The notes beneath the pieces are model-generated. The model made no database searches, was not told where the DNA came from, and saw only the letters and a program-made list of their open reading frames with translations. From a virus (lineage: Duplodnaviria > Caudoviricetes), in the IMG/VR virus record IMGVR_UViG_3300031972_001528, positions 1-31,408 of that record: a stretch of 31,408 bases of DNA; one strand, written 5' to 3'. This document shows positions 8,588 through 17,052 of this stretch, in pieces. Each line of letters begins with the position of its first letter. Within the stretch, counting starts at the first letter, position 1. The translations under genes were made by a program, and so were the position numbers.

Positions 8588-9114
8588 TCAGCGTTATACC
8601 CTATTACATAACTTATAGATGTTCTCCAATAAGGTATCTTTTTTATTTTTTGCGATTTATGTCTTTTATTTGAATCAAATAATATGAAATCTCCAGGTAA
8701 ATATTTAAAAATTTTACCTTCAATATTTAATTCTCCTCCCCATTCTTCTGCCCATTGAGGTGTTAAAAAACCGACAATACTATAAGAATTTTTAGTGTCA
8801 TTATGAAACTCTGTGTAGTGATTATCATTCTGAGCATTTAAAGCTATTCTTTTAATTTTTCTAGGTAAAATAAAATTATGTTGTTCTTTTAGTTTTTGAT
8901 TTATTCTATCAAATAAACAATTAAAATACCCTATCCAATAGGGGTGATCATATTTTATTTCACCTTTTTCTAAAAAAGTTACACCTGGAAAAGAACCTCC
9001 TAGTTTTTCTTTTGTAGAAATTCTATTAAGAGCCCATATACTTTGATTAATGAGACCTTGATATAACTCAAAAGAATCTTCTAAAGTTATTACGTTTTTT
9101 ATTACCTTTATCAT
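8584..9114 (-). CDS. 2OG-Fe(II) dioxygenase
   Basis: FHND...W..EWGGEL...PGDFILFDS..RH...R.SI. Confidence 0.85.
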   Translation of the reverse strand: MIKVIKNVITLEDSFELYQGLINQSIWALNRISTKEKLGGSFPGVTFLEKGEIKYDHPYWIGYFNCLFDRINQKLKEQHNFILPRKIKRIALNAQNDNHYTEFHNDTKNSYSIVGFLTPQWAEEWGGELNIEGKIFKYLPGDFILFDSNKRHKSQKIKKIPYWRTSISYVIGYNAE

Positions 9115-9158
9115 TATCGTACTTTCATTTTCTATATTTATAAGATATAAAGCACTAT

Positions 9159-11123
9159 ATGCTACAAAAATTAAATTTCAAGCCTGGTTTTAACAAGATG
9201 GTCACAGATTCAGGAGGAGAATCTCAGTGGGTTGATGGTGATTTTGTTAGATTTAGATATGGATTACCTGAAAAAATAGGTGGCTGGAATCAATTATCTA
9301 TTGCAGGTGAAACCTTACCTGGAGTAGCACGTGCTCAACATACTTGGACATCTTTGAATGGTGAAAGATATGCAGCTATTGGAACTTCACAAGGTTTATT
9401 TTTATACTATGGAGAACAGTTTTTTGATATTACACCATTAGATACAGCTATAACAGGATGTACGTTAACTACAGTTAATGGTTCGAATGTTTTAGAAATT
9501 AATAAGGGATCACATGGTCTAGAGGTTGGAAGATATATAACATTATCTGGAGTAACAGTTACAGGTGCATCAGACTATACAACGGCAGAATTAGAAGTAG
9601 CTTATGAAATATTGACAGTACCAACAGTTGATAAGTTTACAGTTCAAGCGGTAAGAAATGAAGGAGGATCTGGTATGACTGCAGCAGGAGCTGCAACAGT
9701 TAATCCTTATGAACAAGTCGGACCCGTCTTTCAAACACTTGGTTATGGTTGGAGTACTTCTACATGGAGCACTTCTACTTGGGGAACAGAAAGAGATACA
9801 AGTTCTGTGACTCTGGATCCAGGAAACTGGAGTCTTGATAACTATGGTCAAGTTCTTGTTGCAACAATTAGAGATGGTAAAACATTTACTTGGAATGCAG
9901 GTGCAGCAAACGCAAGAACAATTAGAGCATCAACAAGTACATCAGGTGCTTCGACTTCAAATAATCCGACAGCGTCAAGATTAACTCAAGTCTCTGATAA
10001 AGATAGGCACTTATTTCATTTTGGAACTGAAACAACAATTGGTAATTCATTAACTCAAGATCCAATGTTTATAAGATTTTCTAATCAAGAAGATTTAAAT
10101 GATTATGCACCTACCGCTGTTAATACTGCAGGTACATTTAGATTAGATAAAGGTAATAGAATTGTTGGAGCAGTATCAGGTAAAGATTATACTTTAGTTT
10201 TAACAGATAGCGCTGCTTATGTAATTCAATTTGTTGGTCCACCTTTTACATTTAGTATTAGACAAGTTGGTTCTAACTGTGGATTAATTTCACAACACGC
10301 ATTAACTTATTCTGATGGTAAAGTATTTTGGATGTCAGGAGAAGGTGGTTTCTTTGTATTTGATGGTACAGTAAAATCTCTACCTTGTTTAGTTGAAGAC
10401 TTTGTTTTTACAACAACTTCAGATAATTTAGGTATAAATTTTAATGCAACAGAAACAATTTATGCAGAACACAATACACTCTATGGTGAAGTAAACTGGT
10501 TTTATCCAAAATCTGGCTCAACACAAATTGATAGATGCGTTACATATAATTATGGAGAAAATGTTTGGACAACTTCATCACTAGCTAGAACTACATATGT
10601 TGACACTGGAGTTTTTGATGTACCTTATGCAACAGAATATAGCTCTACATCTTTACCTGTGTTTCCAGATATTTTAGGTATTACAAATACATATGGAGCA
10701 ACTACATACTATGCTCATGAAGTTGGAACAGATCAAGTTAATAGCTCAGGTACAACAGCTATTTCTGCATTTATTCAATCTGGAGATTTTGATATTACAC
10801 AAGTTAGAACCAGACAAGGTCAAGCAACAGGTGCAGTTGACTATAGAGGAGACGGAGAATTCTTTATGTCAGTAAAAAGATTCATACCTGATTTTAAAGT
10901 TCTTACAGGTAATTCAAAAATTACATTACTATTAAATGACTATCCAAATAATACTGCATCTAGCTCACCTTTAGGTCCATTTACAATTACAAGTTCTACT
11001 GATAAGATAGACACTAGAGCAAGAGGAAGACTTGTAGCATTAAAAATAGAAAATGATAGCACTGGTGAGACTTGGAGATATGGAACTTTAAGACTCGATG
11101 CTCAACCAGATGGAAGAAGATAA
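9159..11123 (+). CDS. Tail tubular protein B / hub (head-closure/stabilisation)-like protein
   Basis: 654 aa beta-rich protein (MLQKLNFKPG..., IRFSNQED, AGTFRL, KRFIPDF, WRYGT.R.D..PDGRR); size and position fit a podovirus nozzle/hub. Confidence 0.7.
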   Translation: MLQKLNFKPGFNKMVTDSGGESQWVDGDFVRFRYGLPEKIGGWNQLSIAGETLPGVARAQHTWTSLNGERYAAIGTSQGLFLYYGEQFFDITPLDTAITGCTLTTVNGSNVLEINKGSHGLEVGRYITLSGVTVTGASDYTTAELEVAYEILTVPTVDKFTVQAVRNEGGSGMTAAGAATVNPYEQVGPVFQTLGYGWSTSTWSTSTWGTERDTSSVTLDPGNWSLDNYGQVLVATIRDGKTFTWNAGAANARTIRASTSTSGASTSNNPTASRLTQVSDKDRHLFHFGTETTIGNSLTQDPMFIRFSNQEDLNDYAPTAVNTAGTFRLDKGNRIVGAVSGKDYTLVLTDSAAYVIQFVGPPFTFSIRQVGSNCGLISQHALTYSDGKVFWMSGEGGFFVFDGTVKSLPCLVEDFVFTTTSDNLGINFNATETIYAEHNTLYGEVNWFYPKSGSTQIDRCVTYNYGENVWTTSSLARTTYVDTGVFDVPYATEYSSTSLPVFPDILGITNTYGATTYYAHEVGTDQVNSSGTTAISAFIQSGDFDITQVRTRQGQATGAVDYRGDGEFFMSVKRFIPDFKVLTGNSKITLLLNDYPNNTASSSPLGPFTITSSTDKIDTRARGRLVALKIENDSTGETWRYGTLRLDAQPDGRR

Positions 11124-11290
11124 TGGCAAAAATAGTAGTTAGTATACCAGAACCAAAACAAGAGTATGATGTATCTAATCAAAGACAAATTTTAGAAGCT
11201 CTTGACACCTTAAAAAATCAACTTAACTTTTCTTTTCAACAAGATATAAGAAATGAAGAAGATCAAAAGGAGTGGTTTTTAAGTGGCTAA
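11123..11290 (+). CDS. Small phage protein (55 aa)
   Basis: Start reassigned to ATG 11123, which overlaps the upstream stop (TAATG); MAKIVVSIPEPKQEYD... Confidence 0.6.
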   Translation: MAKIVVSIPEPKQEYDVSNQRQILEALDTLKNQLNFSFQQDIRNEEDQKEWFLSG

Positions 11291-11618
11291 TTTTTATAAA
11301 AGTACAACATTTAATTTAACAACAGCTAATTTAACAACAGCTTTAACTATTTCTACATCTGCTATTGCTATTGTTAGAGCGGTACAAGCAAGCCATGCAA
11401 CAGCCAGTAATGTTGATGTAGATTTATATTTAAAAAAATCAGGTGGATCTGATGTTGAAATATCACATTCAACATTGAATAAGTCTACTGATAATCTAGC
11501 TAAAAATGTTATTAACTTAGAAGGTGGAGATATATTAAAATTACAAGCAAGTTCAGCAAACGAGATCACTGGACAAATTAGTTATCTTTTGATAGATAGA
11601 TCACAAGAAAATGGATAA
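11283..11618 (+). CDS. Small structural protein
   Basis: GTG start with AAGGAG SD; beta-sandwich-like sequence with LEGGDILKLQA motif. Confidence 0.6.
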   Translation: MANFYKSTTFNLTTANLTTALTISTSAIAIVRAVQASHATASNVDVDLYLKKSGGSDVEISHSTLNKSTDNLAKNVINLEGGDILKLQASSANEITGQISYLLIDRSQENG

Positions 11619-11874
11619 AGATAAACTAGAACACACTCACGATAACGGCATTACTCATTCTCATGAAGGTGGTGATGTTTCACATACACATGATATACCA
11701 AAAATAGATTGTGTTACTACAACAACATACAGAAATACTAAGACTGGAGAAGTGTCTAAAGAGAAAGTAGAAGGACCTGATATTGTACAAGATGTTACAG
11801 TTCAAATTACTAACAAAGGTCTTGAAGTATTTCAGAAAGTAATGAATCAAAGTAATGGCAAACCAAAACCCTAG
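11611..11874 (+). CDS. Small protein with His-rich N-terminus
   Basis: HTHDNGITHSHEGGDVSHTHD; overlaps both neighbouring genes. Confidence 0.6.
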   Translation: MDKDKLEHTHDNGITHSHEGGDVSHTHDIPKIDCVTTTTYRNTKTGEVSKEKVEGPDIVQDVTVQITNKGLEVFQKVMNQSNGKPKP

Positions 11875-12793
11875 AGGCGGGACAGAGTTACAATTTGAAT
11901 ATCTAAGAAAGCATGTTGAAACAAGCTTACTTAATCAAGTAGAAATTTGTACATCAGTTCCAGGCAAAGTACCTTTACATCCAACTAAGTTAAATATTCT
12001 TTGGCAAAAAAATTCTTGGGATCAACCTAATTTACATCCATGGTTTAAAGATAAATCAAATCATAATAAATATGATTGGTATATTTTTAATTCTAATTGG
12101 AACTTTGAACAATTTACAAAAAGATTTGATTTACCTAGAGAAAAATGTGCCGTCATTAAAAACGGTATTGAACAAGTACAACCTATTTCTACTCAATATA
12201 AAAAAGGTGATCCTATAAAGATAGTACATCATTGTACACCTTGGAGAGGTTTATCTGTATTGTTAGGTGCAATGCAATTAGTTAAGAATCCATTAATTAG
12301 TTTAGATGTTTATTCTTCTTGTGAAGTATATGGAAAAGATTTCGCTGAAGCTAATGACAAATCATATGAGCCTTTATATGAACAAGCAAGACAATTACCT
12401 AATGTAAATTACATTGGTTATAAACCAAATGAATATATAAAAGAAAATTTAAAAGATTATAGAATGTTTGTATACCCAAGTATTTGGGAAGAGACATCTT
12501 GTATATCATTATTAGAATCTATGTCCGCAGGTCTATATTGTATTACAACTAACTTCGGTGCTATATATGAAACCGGGGCCGAGTTTCCAATGTATGTACC
12601 TTACTCAAATGATTACAAAAGTTTAGCTAGAAAGTTTGCTGCAGCCATAGAAGCTTCTGCAGATATGCTTCATGATTCAGGCATCCAGGATCATTTAAAG
12701 ATGCAACAAAATTATGTAAATAGATTTTATGATTGGCGAGCAAAAGGACAAGCATGGACAAGATTTTTGAGAGGAGCACTAAATGCAAAATAA
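11855..12793 (+). CDS. Glycosyltransferase, GT-B fold (GT4-like)
   Basis: RGGTE start, IKNGI, PWRGL, and FVYPSIWEETSCISLLESMSAG (E-x7-E signature). Confidence 0.85.
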   Translation: MANQNPRGGTELQFEYLRKHVETSLLNQVEICTSVPGKVPLHPTKLNILWQKNSWDQPNLHPWFKDKSNHNKYDWYIFNSNWNFEQFTKRFDLPREKCAVIKNGIEQVQPISTQYKKGDPIKIVHHCTPWRGLSVLLGAMQLVKNPLISLDVYSSCEVYGKDFAEANDKSYEPLYEQARQLPNVNYIGYKPNEYIKENLKDYRMFVYPSIWEETSCISLLESMSAGLYCITTNFGAIYETGAEFPMYVPYSNDYKSLARKFAAAIEASADMLHDSGIQDHLKMQQNYVNRFYDWRAKGQAWTRFLRGALNAK

Positions 12794-13706
12794 TGAACCA
12801 ATATGGTTTTCTGAAAAAAAGAAAACTAATGCTAATGAAGATACTTATCAAACTGAAAAAATAGAACAGGTAAACTCAAATATTAAAACTATTAATGTAG
12901 GTAATATTTTAGATAAACCGAAAGCAAAGATAATGGTTTGTACTCCTTGTCATAGTGAAGTGTCTATGCATTATACTCAAGCTGTTCTAAAGTTTCAATT
13001 AGACTGTATGCAACAAGGTATACTAGTTAGTTTTACATTACTTAAATCATCATTAGTTACTCAAGGTAGAAACTTATGTGTAGCAGAATTTTTAAATCAT
13101 AAAGATCATTACGACTACCTATTATTTATAGACTCAGATATAGATTTTAATTCTAACACTATATACAAAATGATAGGTGCAGATAAAGATATTATCTCTT
13201 GTCCTTATCCAATGAAAACATTTGATACAGATAAAATGTGGAGAAAGATTAAAGAAACTAATTTAGTTAATACACCTGATGATGTACTAAAAGCAGGTCA
13301 TGTATTTCCAATTAAAATGGACAATCCAAATGAAATGACTATGGAGAATGGAGTCATAAAAGTAACTCATGCTCCTACAGGATGTATGTTAATTAAAAGA
13401 CAGGTTATTGAGAAGATGATAAGGAATCATCCAGAATTAGAGATATATCAACCAACAGTTATCAACGGTAAAGAGGTTAAAAAAGAAAACTTCTACAATT
13501 TATTTGATACATTACATGATGTAGAAACTAAAAGATATTTTGGTGAAGACTTTGGTTTCTGTCAAAGATGGACAGATATGGGTGGAGAAGTATATATCTA
13601 TGCTATGGATAATATAACTCATGTTGGAGATCATCAATACTGTGGTCGATTTTTTGATTTATTAGAAAACGCAAAACCTGTTGACGATAGCGAAAAAATC
13701 AAATAA
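12783..13706 (+). CDS. Glycosyltransferase-like protein, GT-A fold (GT2-like)
   Basis: IMVCTP, RN..VAEFL, LLFIDSDI (DxD), TGCMLIKR, GEDFGFC.RW, ITHVG. Confidence 0.75.
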   Translation: MQNNEPIWFSEKKKTNANEDTYQTEKIEQVNSNIKTINVGNILDKPKAKIMVCTPCHSEVSMHYTQAVLKFQLDCMQQGILVSFTLLKSSLVTQGRNLCVAEFLNHKDHYDYLLFIDSDIDFNSNTIYKMIGADKDIISCPYPMKTFDTDKMWRKIKETNLVNTPDDVLKAGHVFPIKMDNPNEMTMENGVIKVTHAPTGCMLIKRQVIEKMIRNHPELEIYQPTVINGKEVKKENFYNLFDTLHDVETKRYFGEDFGFCQRWTDMGGEVYIYAMDNITHVGDHQYCGRFFDLLENAKPVDDSEKIK

Positions 13707-13709
13707 AGT
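13681..13709 (+). promoter_or_regulatory. Sigma70-like promoter (TTGACG-N17-TAAAGT)
   Basis: TTGACG 13681-13686 and TAAAGT 13704-13709; same -10 hexamer and spacing as the promoter at 2709. Confidence 0.5.
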
Positions 13710-13761
13710 ATTATATTTACAGGATTCTACGCCTGCCAAACAGTATAAATATATTTAAATT

Positions 13762-14859
13762 ATGGCGATATCACGAGGATTACAACCCAGACAATTAAGA
13801 CGGAACGGTGGAATAATGGAAGCTGTTCCAAGACAAGGATATTTTTTAGGTAAACTTGTTAAGAGTGTTAAAAAAGGTGTTAAAGGTTTAGCTAAAGGAG
13901 TTAAGAAATTTGCTAAATCTGACTTAGGTAAAGCTGCATTATTGGGCGCTGCTGCCTTTGGTATACCTGGAACACAATTTGGTGGTTTATTAGGTAGAGC
14001 TAGCATAGGTGGTGCAGCTCCAAGTATTTTTGGTAAGAGTGGAGGCATCAGTGCTTTATTAGGTGGTGGTGCAAAAGGTACAGGTAAATTTTTATATTCT
14101 CCAGTTCAAGGATCAGGGGGAAAAGGTATGTTTAGTAAATTTTTAGAAGGTGGAGCAACTTTAGGAAACACAGCGAAAGTATTTGGTGGAAGTAGTTTAA
14201 TAGCTGGTATGTTAGCTAAAGCAGAAGAAGGCGATGAAGAGGCAGTTGCAGCAACTAGAAATGTAGATGCATTAAGAAGTTATTTAGAAAAAGGTGCAAG
14301 AAATTTAAGAGTACCTGAAAATGAAATATCTAAATTAGTAGAGGACAATGTCGCTGAATATACTCAAGATATGGCTAGAGGACAGATGGCCAATGGTGGT
14401 AGAATAGGTTATGCAGGTGGAACAGAGTTTGAAGAATATCTAAAAGGTAGAGAAGAATTTAATAAGAAACAAAATGCTGAACAACTTTATAAAGAGTTTT
14501 TAGAAAATAAACGTAGACAAAAGGTAGCTGAACAGAAAACAATGGCTGCTAACGGTGGTAGAATAGGTTATGCTTTTGGTACTCCAGAACAAAATGCTAT
14601 ACAAGCAGCAGGCATCATGGATCTACCATTAAATAAAAACCCTGCGGGAGTTACAGAATTAGACCTTAGAGAAACAGGTGGATTTATTCCTCCAGTTGGT
14701 GTAAAAGAAAAGGCAGATGACATCCCTGCGATGTTAGCAAACAATGAATTCGTATTTACAGCTGATGCTGTAAGAGGAATGGGTGACGGAAACGTTAATA
14801 AAGGTGCACAACGTATGTACGATATGATGAAAAAATTAGAAAAAGGCGGTAGAGTATAA
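13762..14859 (+). CDS. Probable internal virion/ejection protein with ANGGRIGYA repeats and a tape-measure-C-terminus-like module
   Basis: Basic amphipathic and Gly-rich hydrophobic N-half, two ANGGRIGYA repeats, C-terminal DDIPAMLANNEFVFT. Confidence 0.6.
   Translation: MAISRGLQPRQLRRNGGIMEAVPRQGYFLGKLVKSVKKGVKGLAKGVKKFAKSDLGKAALLGAAAFGIPGTQFGGLLGRASIGGAAPSIFGKSGGISALLGGGAKGTGKFLYSPVQGSGGKGMFSKFLEGGATLGNTAKVFGGSSLIAGMLAKAEEGDEEAVAATRNVDALRSYLEKGARNLRVPENEISKLVEDNVAEYTQDMARGQMANGGRIGYAGGTEFEEYLKGREEFNKKQNAEQLYKEFLENKRRQKVAEQKTMAANGGRIGYAFGTPEQNAIQAAGIMDLPLNKNPAGVTELDLRETGGFIPPVGVKEKADDIPAMLANNEFVFTADAVRGMGDGNVNKGAQRMYDMMKKLEKGGRV
14395..14573 (+). repeat. 20-bp direct repeat encoding GGRIGYA
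   Basis: GGTGGTAGAATAGGTTATGC at 14395-14414 and 14554-14573. Confidence 0.85.
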
Positions 14860-15773
14860 TGTCTAGTGAAACAATAACACAAATAAATCAACCACCAGAG
14901 TTTATAGAAGCAGAATCGAAACTTTATTTAGACCAATTACAAAAAGGAATTGGTGCTTTTAAAGATGCTGACTTATCAAAAGTCATGGGTGACCAGTTTA
15001 TTGCAGGTCAAGATCCTTTTCAAAAAAGAGCACAAGAATTAGCAGAATCAGGTATTGGTGGTTATCAAAAATTTTTAGATGCAGCATCAGGTTTTCAAAC
15101 ACAAGCCGGAAAATCTGCAGCGGCAGCAGGTCAATTTGTAGGACCGGATGCATACAAAGCATTTATGTCTCCGTATCAACAAGATGTTATTAATGCGACT
15201 TTACAAGAATTTGATATTCAATCTCAAAGAGGTGTACCCGGTTTAGCTGCATCAGCAATCACTGCAGGAGCGTTTGGTGGTGGTAGAGAAGGTGTTCAAA
15301 AAGCAATCTATGGTTCTGAATCAGATAGAAATAGATCAGCAATACAAGCAAATTTATTACAACAAGGTCTTCAATCAGCTAGAGCTGCAGCAGGTCAAGC
15401 CTTTGGTCAACAACAATCAATAGCTGCGCAACAACAACAACTTGCTTCAGGTCAACTAGGATTAGGTTCGGCGCAACAAGGTTTCTTAGGTCAAGATGTA
15501 GGAGCCCTACAAACATTTGGTGATATTAATCAAATGCAAAAACAAAGAGAGTTAGACGCTCAGCGAGAATTATTAGTAGCACAAATGAATCAACCTCTAA
15601 CAGCTGCCCAACAATATGGTTCAGGAATCATGGGTCTAATTTCTGGATACCCTGGAGGAACTCAACAAACAGTACAACCAACATCATCACCTAGTGCTCT
15701 TCAAACAGGTATAAGTGCCGGTGCTACATTAGCAGGTTTATATAGAGCATTTAAACCACCGACAACAGCTTAA
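14859..15773 (+). CDS. Gln/Ala/Gly-rich DNA pilot/ejection protein
   Basis: FMSPYQQDVI, AGAFGGGR and Gln-rich helical segments typical of podovirus ejection proteins. Confidence 0.65.
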   Translation: MSSETITQINQPPEFIEAESKLYLDQLQKGIGAFKDADLSKVMGDQFIAGQDPFQKRAQELAESGIGGYQKFLDAASGFQTQAGKSAAAAGQFVGPDAYKAFMSPYQQDVINATLQEFDIQSQRGVPGLAASAITAGAFGGGREGVQKAIYGSESDRNRSAIQANLLQQGLQSARAAAGQAFGQQQSIAAQQQQLASGQLGLGSAQQGFLGQDVGALQTFGDINQMQKQRELDAQRELLVAQMNQPLTAAQQYGSGIMGLISGYPGGTQQTVQPTSSPSALQTGISAGATLAGLYRAFKPPTTA

Positions 15774-15775
15774 TT

Positions 15776-17044
15776 ATGAGTAGAATATTTAGAAGACCAA
15801 TGTTTAGAAAAGGCGGTAATGTCGGAGAAGGCATTATGACTGGTATTGTAGATAGAGAAAATCATGCTACAGATCCTTTTGTTGGGGATATAGATCCGTT
15901 TAATGTTCCATATTCATTTGATAGTCCACAAACACCAGTTACATCACCCTATAAAGGACGAACTATACCTAGTTTAAGAGAGTTGACTACAGAAAGTAGA
16001 GAAGCTTTAATGGAAGCAGCTGGAGATAGAGGTGGATTTGATCCATTAACAAGTTTCTTATTAGCATACGGGCCAGCAGCAGCTGTAGAAAATAGAGGTG
16101 GTGGAACCATAGGTAATTTAATTGCAGCAGCAGAAAAACCGGCTGCAGCTTTAATTAAAGAAAAAGCAGAGGAAGATAAATTTCAAAGAGGTCTTAGACT
16201 TGAAGCAACAAGTGTATCCATGGCTAAAAGAAATCAAATGATTGCTGAGGAAGCAGATAGAAAATTTAAATCAGATATGGCTATGGCAAAAGAAAAACTT
16301 AATAGAGATTTAAGTGTTGAAGAAAAAAAATTTTTAATTAATAAATCTATAAGAGAAGCTGAACAAGCATCAGAGCGTCAAGATAAACAAATACAAGCTC
16401 AAAAAGATATTGCAGCCGCAGATAATCAAAATAGATTAGATATTGAAGCAGCTAGAAAAAAAGATGTGAATAGTATAGAGTCAAGAATAGACGCAGAAAC
16501 AGCAGAGTTATTAAAAACGGTAAGTACTGAATATGAAGCTAGAAATAGAGCAACTTGGGCGCTTCAAACAAGCGGTGATTTGATGAGAAAAGGGTACGCT
16601 GTATCTGATGAATTATTAGAAGAATCACAAGTTGTTGATACTGACAAGTTTAAAAAGAAAGCTAAAACATTAATTAAAAAAGCAGGTAATGAAGGTAAAA
16701 TATTTTATTATCCAAAAGGTGACAAATACTATAGATTAGTAAAAGTAGATGGTAAAGGAGTGTTTAAACCTTTTAATAAAGATGGAAATGAAATAATTGA
16801 AGATGAAATAAAAATAGACGAGGACTTAAAAAAAGTATTAGAAGAAGATAAAAAAATAGAACCTTTTGGTAAGGCTGAGTACGAACAAAGTATAGAAGAA
16901 GGCACTGACTATGTAACTAAAGATGTAGATATGCAAAATGTTGACACATCAAATATAAGGTCAACTCCTTTATCTCCAAATAAATCTGCTTACGAAAACT
17001 ATTTAAGTAATTATAGAATTGGTAAACGTTCACTTTATAGATAG
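15776..17044 (+). CDS. Probable internal virion/ejection protein (coiled-coil)
   Basis: 422 aa; N-terminal R.MFRKGG motif and charged helical core; lies between ejection-type genes. Confidence 0.5.
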   Translation: MSRIFRRPMFRKGGNVGEGIMTGIVDRENHATDPFVGDIDPFNVPYSFDSPQTPVTSPYKGRTIPSLRELTTESREALMEAAGDRGGFDPLTSFLLAYGPAAAVENRGGGTIGNLIAAAEKPAAALIKEKAEEDKFQRGLRLEATSVSMAKRNQMIAEEADRKFKSDMAMAKEKLNRDLSVEEKKFLINKSIREAEQASERQDKQIQAQKDIAAADNQNRLDIEAARKKDVNSIESRIDAETAELLKTVSTEYEARNRATWALQTSGDLMRKGYAVSDELLEESQVVDTDKFKKKAKTLIKKAGNEGKIFYYPKGDKYYRLVKVDGKGVFKPFNKDGNEIIEDEIKIDEDLKKVLEEDKKIEPFGKAEYEQSIEEGTDYVTKDVDMQNVDTSNIRSTPLSPNKSAYENYLSNYRIGKRSLYR

Positions 17045-17052
17045 GAAGCTAC

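Noticed and set aside
5624-9114. TET/JBP-type DNA base oxidation or halogenase pathway
   Set aside because: No DNA methyltransferase or nucleotide-modifying partner in the window, motifs look P4H-like, and all keep an acidic iron ligand (no HxA/G). Not excluded, but unsupported.
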